In this document: positions 38,261 to 53,029 of the stretch, piece after piece
Layout: the number at the start of each line of letters is the position of its first letter
How positions within the stretch are numbered: position 1 is the first letter of the stretch
Source of the DNA: Trichoplax sp. H2
Taxonomy: Eukaryota
NCBI GenBank assembly: GCA_003344405.1
Contig: NOWV01000030.1
Coordinates: 62,001-126,000, forward strand
Length of the DNA stretch: 64,000 nucleotides
Reading direction: 5' to 3'
Translations under genes and position numbers: made by a program
The notes under the pieces: generated by a model
What the model was told of the DNA's origin: nothing
Seen by the model: the letters and a program-made list of their open reading frames with translations, nothing else
Database searches by the model: none

Positions 38261-40559
38261 AAAATAATCATATCGGAAATTGTAGTCCTATCAATACGTA
38301 ACTTGTTTTCTATTGTCAGCTCTATAGTGTGAATTATGGCTCATTTTAGATCATCTCTACGGTACAAGACATTGTAATGGAAAATAATAAATTGATTTAA
38401 TACCGGTCCATTAACAAATTGCTAGCGCTGATTGCAAACTCTACAGGTTGATGATGCAAATAAACATATCCAAAACAATTGTATTTTTTCCTTCATCATT
38501 AGTATATTTAGTCGTTCCAATGATATTGACGGATGACATTGCCACAACTTTGTAGCATAGTATCATTGATATGGTTGTCATTTATGCAAGTTTCTTTTAA
38601 CCTTGAAATCACGACAAGAATTGTCTATGAAATGATGAAAATATGATTGGGCAGTATGCCGTGTCCAAGTGGTTACAAGCCTTCATTTTTCGGCACACCT
38701 GTATTCTCGATCTTGATGCAAAAATATTCTTTATTTTCTACGGCAATCTTCATCACTATATTAACGATCGTAGAATGGACTTGATCCCACGATCGTGTTG
38801 GCATACAATATTCAGCATGTTATGTCGTTCTATCTTTATAGTATTACTGTACAGTAGTCTATTACACTCGCTGTTGATGTCCTTTCTAATCTTGCTCCAC
38901 TTACCCTTTCAATCGAAGTAGACTCTAGGGTAATTGGCCGATCGATCGTCGCTCGGTATCAATTCTATTCGTAAGGAGGAGATAGGCTAAGGCGTAAACC
39001 AATACCGAAGTAATTAAAACGATGGACTATTCTGTAGATTAAAACTATCGATTAATTAGCCAGCGATGGCCCAATGAATAATGTATAGAATAGGTACCAA
39101 TCATCGACTGGATTGGCAAGACTTTAGAATCCAGTCTGTTAACAATGGTCGCTTGTTGCTGAAAGCTGGAATATTGTCCGAGGAGAACGAGAATCGACTA
39201 CAATAGCTACTCATGAAATTGTAATCATCCAAGAATCAATACACTATCAAGATCCACTCTTAACGCTTATGTTAGACTACTTAAGTCGATGATTTAATCC
39301 AACCAGCAAAACGAATTGGATTATCCTAATGGAAAGTGCAATCAACTAACCGGTTGTGTCCACGATGAAAAATGGCGATAACCAACTCATCCAAGCCCGA
39401 AGCTTGTTTACCCGTTTGACTACTGTCCCAACACTAGGATGTGACGTCACAACAGTGTACAGTACTGTACCTTGAGTGCATGTGACAACTCGGTACCATT
39501 TGGTCACTAACCGTGCTGTACCGTACCATGGTGGGAGTCGTGTATGACATTTTCACCCTTAAAGTCATTACAGCCTTACCCAGGTCTTGTGACTTCCAAG
39601 TGACACCAAAGTGCGTCAACTTGTCATTGGTTGGTGGTACAGTACAGCGGTAAGGGGATTGACATCATCTTGCCCTGTGCAAAATAGACGACCTTGTTGA
39701 GTATAGTGATCGACAGGTTATATAGTGACACACCATTCTGCACATGGATTGATGAAAAAAACCAAAGACACCCATAATTTTACTAGTCATTTCCAGTTTA
39801 TTGCATGTCTGCAACGGTATGTCTATGTCATGGGTCGTGACATCCATCCTGTCCGTGATGAACGTTCAAATGTCGCCAAGAACTATGATAGAGTGATAGA
39901 CACTTTGGCCTGTACCATAGAGTAAAATGATCGAAAAAATGAGAAACCTCTTCTATTATGTTGTACTAAATAGCTCCTTCTTGTCCCCTCGCTTATTACT
40001 AGTATGGCAATACAAATAGAAATACCACATGGAGTTTTTTTAATTTGTAATCATAGATTGATTGGTTGATTCTACGTTGTCAGAGTTTATGGCAATAATT
40101 CATGGAAGGATTATGAAAGCTACGATTCAAGCCGTGTCGACTTGTTATTACAGTTTGCAATACTGTGAACTGGATTACTATACTGTACACTGTAGTGTAT
40201 TCTGTATACAGTACAGTAAGTGATTTTCTCATCGATTCATTCTATAAACTAAGTAGAAACTTTCAGATCACTCAAAGTAGACTCTTTATTCATCGTTTGG
40301 GGGGGGGGGGGAAACAGTCGGGAAAAAGGACATGGTAAAGCGCGGCCGGCCATTTTACTGGTCTAGTACAGTACTGTCGAATTGTTGGTGTGCTCAATGT
40401 AGGACCATAGCTGTTTCCAGACAACCTACAAATTCATCTTGCAGTAGCACAGAATCTTTAATATACGTGTACAGTATGGATACTCAACTTTGAGTGTTTC
40501 TAGTAGAAGAAAGAAAACCTTGTACTCATACTACCCTAATAATCTACTGTATGCCATAC

Positions 40560-40950
40560 TGCAGCTGTAGAACATCCAGCAGTCCGTGGCTATGCCTTCT
40601 ATTTTTGCGTCTTTCCTTCTCTCCAGCGGTCATCGAGCCATTTTAAAGTAGTGGAATTTCAAATCGAGTTTGCTGTAGTATGAACATCCAGTAGTCCATG
40701 GCTATGCATTCTATTTTTGCGTCTTTCCTTCTTCCCAGCGGTCATCGAGCCATTTTAGAGTGGAATTTCAAATCCAGTTTGCTGTAGTACATCCAGTAGT
40801 CCATGGCTATGCCTTCTATTTTTGCGTCTTTCCTTCTTCCCAGCGGTCATGAACATCCAGTAGTCCATGGCTATCCCTTCTATTTTTGCGTCTTTCCTTC
40901 TTCCCAGCGGTCATCGAGCCATTTTAGAGTGGAATTTCAAATCCAGTTTG
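40560..40950. repeat. Tandem repeat of about 110 bp (3 full copies plus 1 truncated)
   Basis: acatccagtagtccatggctatgccttctatttttgcgtctttccttct.ccagcggtcat occurs at about 40572, 40684, 40789 and 40853. Confidence 0.93.
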
Positions 40951-41288
40951 ATCGTTGATGATTGGATGACAAGTAAAGCAATACCAAGCAACACTACCGT
41001 TAGAAGGGAGTTGCAACTGCGCACGAGCAAGTAATTCAAGCCGAGTAAAAATCAAAACAGACGCCAAGCAACTTCATTGATCGATTCCCACTCGTAAATG
41101 GATCTTCAGCCCGCTTTGCTAATGGCTAAACTGGACTAAGCTAGACTAAACTATCCTATGTGCAGAATTGATTAACATTGCATTCCACTTACTGACCTCA
41201 AAATTGTGGTTAAACAGTCAGTAAAAACATCAACAAGACTCGGATCAAGTCGATTATACACCATCATTGCCTACGCAGTTTGCCAATC

Positions 41289-44125
41289 ATGGTAAGAATA
41301 TTGCTTTCAATGATGTCCACAGTGATGCAAATGTCAACTAACTGTTACATCTTGTGACTTCTAAAAGAGGACAAGCTCTATTTAAGAGTCTCTACTACAT
41401 GTCTATACCATGGTTATGTATTTCAACTTCAATGTTGTACTCTTTTCCTAGTTTTTACGCTATTGCACTTTGTTGTGAGAGTATAGTCAAGACTGCTTTA
41501 AACCACATCTACAGGATGCAAACGTCAGCTCATGCTATATGCTAAGATCATTATTAATTTTAACTGACTTTGAATGTTGCACTGTCTTTTCTTACTTTCT
41601 TCCCAGCATCCTAGTGGCACCATGCAAGCTAGCACACCCAAACGGTACTCTAAACAATTACATCAAGATGGTAATCAAAGACCTAATTTAAACTTAGCTG
41701 CACAAGACTTGGGCGATCCAAGTAAACCTAAATCCATTTTATTAGCAACTAATCAGACTCCAAAGAAGGAAAACTTGGTATGAAAATTAGGAATAGTCAT
41801 CATACCAGTATAATGCAATCGATAAGAAAGCCAATATGGATCATGTTGATGAATGATAGCAACTGAAAGGATGCTGTCATTTCTTTCATACTGGCTTCTA
41901 TTTAGAAATGAATACAGTATAGCTTTTATTCCATTGACACCTACAGCAGTGTAGTATAGATTGTACAACTACCGTATATTAGAACTCTGCAAGCATCAAA
42001 TTCCCCATATCAATACATTTCAACCTACGACAGAAATGCTCTTTGCTTTGAGTTCACTTCTAGATACTTTACAGGTCACAGTTCATCAACAGTAAATTAG
42101 GGTGATAAGTTAATCGATATCATCAAATGACTTGTTTACGATCAGTACTACTGACCAATGTTAGATTATGAAATGGAAGGTAGCAACTTGATAAGTAGGA
42201 AGAAGACTGTATAAATGCTCCGTGATTATAATTATAGAATAGTACAAACATACAGTACAGTACATAATGATAGGATGTATGTGTACAATAGCTCACAAAA
42301 GCTAGATACGAAAATGAAACCTTAATATAGAATATTCCATACCTCTCCTATGAAATACCTTAATTAATGACTACGTGCATTAGTATAAACTTTCAGTGAA
42401 TGAATGCAATACACCTACTTAAGCCTAAACTATGGTAGTAAAAAGTTACGCACTAATACACACAATATTATAACATTGATATCTATAGTGTAGAGCCATT
42501 ATTCTCTCACTTGAAATTCTTAACCATGCATACTTTCGCTATCAATCTATTAGTCTGTTCGATTCGAAGATTCATTTCAACGGCAAGTAAGAAAATCGCC
42601 TAGTCACACCAGTCGTGCAACGCAGCATGAATGGATTTCCTCATTGATGGATAATTCCCGTAACATAAACGAAGAGGACCCTTGTGAATCAAACTTTAAA
42701 GACATTTTAGAATTCCGTAGAGTTAATAGGGAGGAATGTGAATGCGACATTGAAAGAATGCGCGAGCTAGAATTAGGACTGTAAGTCCATAAGCACGCAC
42801 TATGCAAATCCTACTTCTATCTACCAAAGACTGATTTACTACTATATTATCATAAATTTATAATGAATACTCTACTATAGATTGTACGATCCACATAATA
42901 ATAATTCATCATTTTCTTCTTAGACTTTGGCTTAATAAATAAATATCTGAAACTGTATCATAGTCGTAAATAACGTAACCTTACTAACGAAAGCCATTAT
43001 TAACAATTATGCCATACGTAGATCTCAATCAGCCCATTTGCTTCCGCAAGATGACTCATTGCCTAAACGAAGTAAGTATACCAAATTGTTTCAAATCATT
43101 ATCATAACGAATCACAATTACTCAAGTGAAAAATAATGCAATCCACCACTGAGTAAGACCACATGCATTTGATATCTCGAAAATTTTAATAACACTATTT
43201 CACTTGTAATCATTGATCGCAATAGAAATTCATCACTATTACGTCAATGATAGACTTTTTCTAGAGCCAGTCTATATTGATAATGAAGGTTATCACGAAA
43301 CAGGAACACCCTCATATCTAGATAATATACGGTAAGAACACGTATCAAGCTATATTTTGACTTGCTATTGGACTGTTCATATCTAAGCCAATAAAGCTGT
43401 AATACTTGAGTCCTACAGTAGTATTGTATTATGAAATCGAAGGCGATAATCCTACAACTAGTTTATATAATTTAATTGTTTCACAATTAAGTTATTTTTC
43501 GTAATTAATTAACTTTCGTGTAGGGTTACATTACGACATTCCATCCTTGAACCACAAGACAAAGTTAAACCACATAGGAGAAACAGCTTCGATCCAAGGG
43601 ATTCAATGAGTTTATCCCAAGTGAGTAAAAATACTAGCAATAATCCTAAAGAGTAAATGGTAATTTGAATCAACTACTTAAGAGTGGGAATTAACTAACA
43701 GATTGACTGACAGCTAGCTCTTCGCTTACAACACACAGCATTGCTTAGCAGGTTGGAAAAGCTCCAAGCTAAATATCACACAATCGTCATCACCGATGGA
43801 TCTACGCTCTGCTGCAAATCAACCTTTCATAAGAACGGTAATAATCTATCTAATAAAGAGAATGACAACGTATATAAACTAAAATGCATACTACTATAGT
43901 ATTACTACAAGTGAATCCTTATTGATACCAGCAACCCTTGACACTAAATTGACTTACCAACGTTCTTTATTTTTTCTACCATTACAGCGCATGCAACCAG
44001 TACAAAATGAGAAAGCAAGCAAAGTCCCATCGAATAGTACGAAAGATTTAATAGATCGCATGCACGCGATAAACTATACCATGCAGTTATTAGAAAAAGA
44101 GCAGCAGTCACTCGGAGATGTATAA
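41289..44125 (+). CDS. Uncharacterised hydrophilic protein of about 303 aa, 8 coding exons
   Basis: Exons 41289-41291 (ATG only), 41607-41777, 42554-42780, 43022-43071, 43226-43331, 43524-43620, 43718-43837 and 43988-44125 are all GT-AG and phase-consistent. They total 912 nt with no internal stop. No domain recognised. Confidence 0.8.
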
Positions 44126-45252
44126 ATTTGGGTAAATAAACACGGTAAACTATTCACAAAATTATTGCCGCCTCTATAATCGCTCCTCAATAAAAAGTGA
44201 AGTGGCAAAGCTATACACGCCTAATTAACTATCGAGAGCTCAATAAGGTTGATAGTAAGTATTACTAATACAGGGAAAATGGCAGCTACTATTAATCCTT
44301 AAGTATAACGCAACATACGTATGAAATAGATCCAGGAGTTGTATACTTGGTACAGTATTTATAAAAAGAAATGTGGCAATAACCAAACTAAACCTCTAGT
44401 CACTTTCAATCTGTACAGATCTCTTACCATCATGGATGTTATTGTTACATCAATTTTAAACAATTTTGTAATATTGACATTGTATTTATTTTTGGTTCTT
44501 CATTATTATCTGATGTGATGATATATTCGATTTCTCAGCTGAACCGGTAACATTGATTATACTATATAAATTAGAGTTACGGAAGTACCGTAAAGAAAAA
44601 TGCGTTATCGCCATATAAAAGTACTATAAAGCACAATAAATTTTAAATCTTATTACGATAAATCATGTAATCGTAAAAGAACTGAAAACGTTACATTTAC
44701 CATAAACGTAGTTCGCCTTAAGGCATCATATGAGAGATTTACAAACTTAAAAACAATCATACATGTGAACATATACACCAATTTTTGCAGACCTACTAAT
44801 GAACTACTACTATACTGTACAATAAGATAGTTGGGCTTAATTAAATCCTTAGAACGATATTCCTGTGTAGGCAACAATGCCTTGCATTATTACCCAACGC
44901 CCAAAGAGCCAACCATCTCAGCAATGTTCATCAAATATTACAGTTAGTTTACAGAGAAAAAATTTGTTATTAAATCATCGATATTAACCAACTGCGACTC
45001 TACTGCAAATTCGGCACAAAAGCCGTTCGTTGTACATGATATCAATTTATATCCTCACATTTCTTAATACATGTCAAAATGCTTTATAAGCATCTCATTT
45101 AAAATCTACATCTACAGTTCTATACTTTAGCAAGTACAAGGTAAAAAGAATGCATACGAACCGCGAATCGCTAAAATTTAACCTATCACTAAAGATTTAC
45201 GCATATATTGGTGTGTCCTAAAATGTATATGTTCTATACACATAGCCAGTAC

Positions 45253-48200
45253 CTAATATCCAGGAAATAGTGGTCTGCCAGATGGACCCACAATAGTGAC
45301 ATTTGCAGCTATATGAATAATATACAGAACAAGAAAGCTTACACCGACGATAACTAAAATAATTAACAACGCGATTGAACTAGCTTTGAAAGAAATGATA
45401 AATCTAGGGGGCCCAGTGAAAGACAATAAAGCAGCACATATTGTCAATGTATAAATAATAGAAAAGAGAGTGTTAATGACGACGATCTGCCCAAATTTCG
45501 CCAACAACTGTATCTGAGTAAAGCACAGAGGTATAGTAGCTAAGATAGTTGTCAACGCCGAACTTAATATCGAGGTACCGATATGCGACATGGATGAAGA
45601 TGTCCGCCACACTCGCAATTCTTTAAGACTCTATTAGGGAGAAAGAAATTAAAATTTTCCTATTAAAACAATAAATCTAACCAAATGACACACAAAATTG
45701 TCCTACACTACACTCGGAATACGCATAAAATGGAACACATTTTAAAATGTATTTGCTTTGCGTTAAAGTACACGTAGATCATATTTATCACTGAAGTATT
45801 GATGTGAAGACAGTGAATACAATTACTTTCTACCGCAGTTACACTGCCTACTTACTGACGATATAAAAAGTAATACGAAGTATCTACGGGTATAGATATA
45901 TTAACGTTTAATATTCACCATTTTTTGCGGCAACTTTCTTCCTGCAATAAGATAGCCTTCAACTAAGTGTGCGCAATAGTCAACAGACGTGCCAACTATT
46001 ATAGATAACGAAACCGCTTCAACCATTCCCAACTGCCATCCAGCAATATAAAATGTGAATGTCACAGAAAAAGCCACGCACGTGATAGTAATCAGGCTTA
46101 TTAAGGTTAAATAGAAATTACCAGTAAAAAAGGCAACGGAACCAATACATAATGTTAAAGAAAGAACTACACCATAAATAGCTCCACCAACTGCAGTAAC
46201 CTCAATAAAAACTCTCTGCCAATAAGAACTTGTTTGAAACACTGATTTAACACTATTAGGCATCTTAGGATCCTCTTTAATGCCTTTTATCAAGTTTTCC
46301 CATTCCTGATAGTCTGCATTCGAGATAAAAGAGGATTGGCCCATATAAATTTTCTAAATAGATTTAACAATAATCATATTTTAGGTAAACGTTGGACATT
46401 AATTATTCGTAACAGCACCTGAAAATAGCTAACGCAAATTTTAACATTTTATTAAATGGGGGATATGCTTACTAATTAAGCATTACCTCATAAAATACAG
46501 ATAACTTACTGAAATAAAGACCATTGAAAGCCATTTTATTGCAGTTCTATCCTTAGATATCCCAACTATTGCAGCATCTGGCGTATTTGAATCGAAAGAA
46601 TTAGGCCTAGGTAGCCCACTACAATCCCCTTTTACGTAACCTTCCAACAGTAATAATATGGTGTTAGGGAAACATTTCGCTCCTCCTTGTTTTACCAATT
46701 TCTCAGTATTGGCGATCTTTTTGCATATACGACATAGAGCAAATAAAGTTGCTTTCGTTTTTGGTTTAAGATTGCGATAGTCAGTAATACTATCAACAAT
46801 AGTAAATTTAGGATCATAGATTACGGTTCCCTATAATACAAGCAGTGGTGTAAATAAATTTGCAGGCATATAAACAAGATTACGAACGTAATAACAGCTT
46901 ATTGCTATCAGCGATACACATCAGTGAATATCAAGCTAGCGGCAATACCTCAGTTTTCTCAGGTCCATTATTCGATGAGACATTAGTGTTGTCGATACCT
47001 TTTATTCCAAAAACAATATTAATAATAGCGGTATTATCCATTGCTGGAGGTTGTACAATTGGATTGCAATCTTCTTTACATGGATTTATACTCGGATCAT
47101 CTGTAGCCACAGTTTTAGCAGTTGATGCGGCAGTTGTCAATGGTGGTGTAGTAATAAACTGATGTGTAGCCTCGGAGCTTGACGATAAAGTTGACACCGG
47201 CTTCTTAGTTGTGGTAGTCGTTGGTGTTTTAGTGCTTACGCGAAAGGTTGTAGTCTCCGATAGAGGTGCAGTAACATTAGGCTTTAAAGGTGACGGTGAT
47301 GAAGAGGACGTCGAGGCTTCTGAAGCAAAAGTTGAAGGCGTTGTACTTTCATGCGTATTATCAATTGTAGAATTACTACTCTGTTGCGAAACAGTAGGAG
47401 TTGTAGTTAGTGGCTGTGTAGTGGATGCAAATGTGGTTGGTGTTGGCGTTGTAGTAGGAGAAACAGTAGTAGATACAGTAGTTGGTGGTGGAGTAGTAAC
47501 CACTGGCATTGGTGGTATAAAGATACCAGAACAAGTAAAGCAATCGAGATTCGAATCACTTGTAATGTTGTAACGAATGTTTATCAATGTTTGCAGATTA
47601 GTACTTTCGCCAAAGAAAGCAGGTAATCTTGTTGCAGTTCTTAACTGTGTACATACTACAGCTGCTGCAGCAACAAGAATAACTGTAAATATGATAATGC
47701 AAGTTTTCTTCGCTTGTATTACTCTTTTGGCAATATAATAATATATAAATCGTTGAATTAATTCAGGTAGGCTATCCAAGCTAGAGACTCCTTCACCTTC
47801 ATCATTCTCAACGTCACCGTTTTCCGATATCTTTTCCATGATCTTTCTGTAATCTTCCCTTGTGTATGGCCCAATCTCCTTCATTTCACTACCATCAGAA
47901 ATATCCGGAATTTCAACAATATTTGTTAAACCACTTGAAAGTTCAGTATTGCATTCATTCCTAGTAGGAACATCTCTATAACTAGTATCAGAAAGATGGG
48001 CCTCAAGATCCCTTGGAAGGCGGGGTAACCAAGAAGATGCTGACGCTTTACAGCAACGAATTCGACGCATCAGCCAATTAGAAAAACGACTCTCTTTTTC
48101 TTCCAAGTATAGTGACCATATACATAATGCAGATGGCATCAGTAAAATATCAATTACCCAACAGGCTATAACCAACAGAGCAGTAAATAAACCGAAGTCG

Positions 48201-50453
48201 CGCACCGCTGGTATCTATTTATGAAAGTAAAATGAAAATTTGAGGTTATAAAATAATTATGAAAGTTCCCATAAATCTATAATCACATCATATCTTACCT
48301 CAGAAAGTGTATTAGCTGCGAAAGCTACAGCAGTTGTAAAAGAAGTAAACAAGGTAGCTTTGCCTGCCGTGATAACAGTAAAAGATAGCCTTCTACTTAA
48401 CTCCTTCATGTGAATTGTCTGCCGAAATGTATTTATAAAGACAAAAACATCATCCACTCCAATACCAATGAGAACAAACAAAGAGGTTCCATTTAAAATG
48501 CCAATGGTCGGTATACCAGCCAGAACACGATGAATAAAGTAAGCAATTGGAAAACTTAATACAATACTAAGTAACCCGATAACGGTTAAGTAGACAGAAA
48601 ATGACGTTAAAATGAAGAAGACTATAAAAATCAATCCCAAACTAATTCCAGCCAACTTGATGTCATTAAAAAAAGCACTATTCACTTCGTAATCAAAAAT
48701 TTGTGGACCACCATAAAGAACGCGGACATTTCTAGTCAAAAAGAGGATGCAAAATGAAATATGAGAATATGTCTATTACAAAACGTAGATTAGCAGTATT
48801 ACTAATTAAATGAAACTGCACTAAATCGGTTATTATCAAAGACTGTGATGATAAGCTGATTTACCATCATTTAGATCGATTAAAAATTTATATCTGATCG
48901 AATTAGAAATACAACAATCTACATTTAAAATTATCTTTATATTCCATAATATCCTTGTGTGCAAGACTGCATAAAACCAGCATCACTGTGACATCATTTA
49001 CATAACAGATATCTTTGTTAAAAAAAAATTTTTTTTTTGCGCTAACGATAACTGAAATCACATTTTTAGTGACAGCAAGATTCATGCAGTAATAACCGAA
49101 AGCGATTATAAGATTAGCTCTATTTCATAAGCAACTACTGTTTATCAAGATTTGCCGCGTAGCCACACCAATATACCATCATTCATCTAATGCTATGACG
49201 AAAATCACGAAATACGAGACTATCATAACATCAAAGCCTGAATACCAGAACATTTTGACATCTAATACCGTACTTTACATGCTTCTGCTGCTTGACCTAC
49301 TGTGCATTAGGTCTAGCCAGTATTACATAGTTGTCGATTAGCTATTGACAATCTTCTGAGATAATACTTTTCAAAAACGGTATCATATGATTTAATATCG
49401 TTAAAGTATTGCTTCCCAGAACTAATTGGCAGCAATAGATAAGTATACCCACACATAAACACTCTTATCAACTTACTCAGTTGACGCCTTGCTTAACATA
49501 TCGACGTATGTGACAACAAACTTGGTAAATTTTTCACGCTGCTTGTAAAATTGATCATAAGGCCCATTGAAGCCATGTAAAGGTATACCAAAAATAGCCT
49601 GAGCACGTAATAATCGGCTGCCATTTTCTTCATTAATATTACTATCGAAATACCAATAAGATTCACGCTTGGATAAGATATAACGTAATGTCCCTGGTAT
49701 ATTCGCCAGTTTATCACCCTGTCCGTCAAATTTTAATCCATGTGGAGTTTGTGATGGAAAAAAATAAGTTGTTAGACTATTTAATGGCATACAATAGTTG
49801 ATATCCTTCAATCTTTCATTGTTAAAAGACTGATATGAACGCCAACAGAAATTGGTAAAACCAGGGTGATTAATAATCTTTCTTTCAATTCCGCGTATAT
49901 CGAGTAAACGCTGCGCAGTAAATATATTTTGACCATGATCATCGCCTCCTTGGGCAACATAGACTAAGTCCATAACCCAAATAGCAAAAGACTGAGAGAA
50001 TTGATCAGAAGGAGCCCTTTCCTTCCTTTTATTATGATGGTATAACTGATTATAATCAAAGGTTCGCTCCAAATCAATCCTTCGACGCTGACGATTCCAT
50101 GAATTAAAATCGTAGAAGTTCTGCCAATGTTGAGTACTGTTAAGACTCTCTTCAGTGATTGACAAACTTCTCTTCTTCGTATTTGTATTCTCCTTATAAA
50201 AATTGGTTGTTGCTACTCTCAAAGCTTCTCTCCGAATGTAGGTAGGATGATTAGTTATTTCAAATGCTTGCAATGAAATTTCAACACGAACAGGATAATA
50301 TCCCAAGGTAATTGCTAATAAACCGCACGGAATAATGATAGTACACATCATAATGATAGCAGCAACCCATGGTTTAGCATAATTTCGTGTTACTGGATAT
50401 AAATATTGATAGATGTCCTTTCTCGGTTGAGGTTGGATAGAGTAGGAAGGCAT
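45253..50453 (-). CDS. DISP3: Dispatched-like RND/sterol-sensing-domain protein (DISP3/PTCHD2), 6 coding exons
   Basis: LYGGPQIFDYEV...GILNG...IGIGVDDVFVFINTFRQ (GxxxDD), AGKATLFTSFTTAVAFAAN, GWQLGMVEAVSLSIIVGTSVDYCAHLVEGY (GxxxD) and LLAKFGQIV match the DISP3 subfamily as I recall it. Confidence 0.92.
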
Positions 50454-53029
50454 GTTGTCGAGACAGTTTGCTTTTTAAGATAAGAGGTAGTGTCCACTAG
50501 TTTTTTGCAGATCGATAACTATAATTTTATCTGTTAATAACGATAATTACGTTAGTTCCTGAACAAAAATCTAAACTTTACGTTAACAAGTATTGCAACC
50601 TATATAATCATTGATTAATTATATATGGAATATTCATTTTTACTGAATAAAATTTAAAATCTATGATCGATAAATAACGATCTTCTACGAAGAATTAAAT
50701 ACTAGAGAAATATTCGATGTTCTACATCTACTACCATTATAAAATCGACGGATACATTTAATTTGTCACGTTTTATTTTACTGGAGCAATCGAAATTTTA
50801 TATTTTCAATTTGACTATGTATACGCTTATTAAAACCGAAATCGTAATGAAATGCTGTCCATTTGACATCAAAAATAGATTGCGATAGCAGCCACCACAA
50901 TACTGTACAGTACTTCAATTTATGTCTGGTATGATCAAGCTGCTTAAAACTGTTTCAAACTACTATGTTCATGGTAGCCTTATCCGAAATTAACTTCTTT
51001 TGTATGCTTATGCGATAAAAATGGGTATCTCGCATTTTTGCTATCGATACCTTAGTAGTCAATGATAATTTTCCTCCTATAGCAATTAATTAACAGCATA
51101 CGTAATAATTAAATTCGTTATTTTATCAAATTGTCCACTATAATCTGTACTGACTAATTTCGGATTTTGACCATAATACATCAATCTACATTTTATCTTT
51201 CATCATTTTCTAGCTAGCTATTAATTCCTACAATCATTATGAAACTACGGGCGCGGAGGAAAAAATTTAGAACAAAGTTCATTGTTGAATGGCAATTAAG
51301 ATATCAAAAGTGTACTTTCTTTCCACGCTGTAGCAATAATCATAGCAGAAGCACTGAAATTAGCAAGTTAAAAGGATGATCATATATAGTCCAGTGAGTG
51401 CTCATCACTGATCGCGGTTATGGTTATAATTATCAACACAAAAAGGTGTAAAAATGCCGAGGATATCACCATTAACCGACACTACAGTAATAAGTGTGTA
51501 GTACTGTATACGCGTATCATAACCGGTGAAGCAAGCACAGCACTGTATTGTAGATTGCTTGAATCTGTTAAGATGAGCAAAATGTACACGTACTTCAAGA
51601 TTGCAACGATAAGATATTGCGCGGGTAGATTTGTTTATTACTTCGATTTGATCTAAAGTAATTGATGGATATGATAATTATTTGTATAATGATTCTGTGT
51701 AATGATAGGTTACTAATTTTATTTCTTGTCATGAGCTCAGCTACACGCACATTGATATACCGTAAACAAATGTTCTGCTCATATCAATAGACCGTTTTAT
51801 CATCTTTCAGATAAATATTGATTATATAATTATTGGTATCCATATCAAATTTCTACTGCAAATCATTTTTCGAACGTCTCCTTTTACTCCATTACTAGTA
51901 ATTATAAAATATCATTGTTATTATTTTTAAATGGACTGTAAGCTTGAAAAGTTGATAAACCATTGCATTGTACTTCAAATTCTATTGGACACTATGTCAG
52001 TAATCCGCCGAATTCGTATTAATGGCTACGAAAAATTGTGATTTACAGTACGCTGATGACTTTAGCGTTAGAGCATTCAAATCCTTTTTCCTCTTGTTTT
52101 GCTATTTTGAACATAATTTTAGAGTATATTAGAAGTAATAGAATATTCATGACCTATAGTCATGTTTATGATTTGCTTATAAAAACAGTGTAGCGAGTGG
52201 AGATACAATGAGTTGATGAACTGTGAAATAACTAGGTGAAAATTAAAAATTCCCTTGGTGGTCTTAAGATTCGATTGATCCATCCTGATACGAATTACCG
52301 CTGTTCAATCACCCGGTATATTCAAAACACCACGTAAAAGGAAATTAATGATATACAATCATTCAACTGTATTTCATAGCATAGGTAAGTCAATGACAAA
52401 ATAAAATGAAGCTTCAAGTCATACAGTACGTATTGCCTTTTTAGTCAATGCTGCAAGATGCGAACTACGTAGATTTTGACCGATTATAAAAATTATTAGC
52501 TTTCTATTTACTGTCAATAACACTCATCTCACCGTACCGATTCTACTGTATTTGCTCCACTGGTGAAATCCAATCGATGCAAGAATTGATAGGCCGACGT
52601 CAAGAAGTTTCTCTTAACTTCGATTTCATCAGTTAAGAAGACAACTGAAAGGAATGTAGACTTACTCCACGTTTACCAATTATTTAAAGAAGAATGTCGA
52701 CAGTAGCATAAAATTGCATGGAAAGCATAGCCCGTGTCGCAAAAGCTGGAATTTGAGCTTGAAAGATTTTTCTATCGAATCAATCAACCTGATCGCTGGT
52801 AATGAAAAAATCAATCTGCAATGAATCTCTATTCGATCTTGACTTCAAACTGCAGCTTATCCTACAGTCAAACACAGATCAGTGATTTCAGTGAACGCTT
52901 ACTGTACGGTATTACCAATAGGTATAGTAGACGCGTAGGCTAAACAAATTAGACGTCTTCAATCAACAAGACAATATCTGTCCATTTTAATACGTATGTC
53001 GAGTAAAAGAATAACCAAAATGAAGACTA

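Noticed and set aside
46860..47573. Plus-strand Val/Gly-rich ORFs
   Set aside because: They are antisense shadows of the Thr/Pro-rich DISP3 exon.
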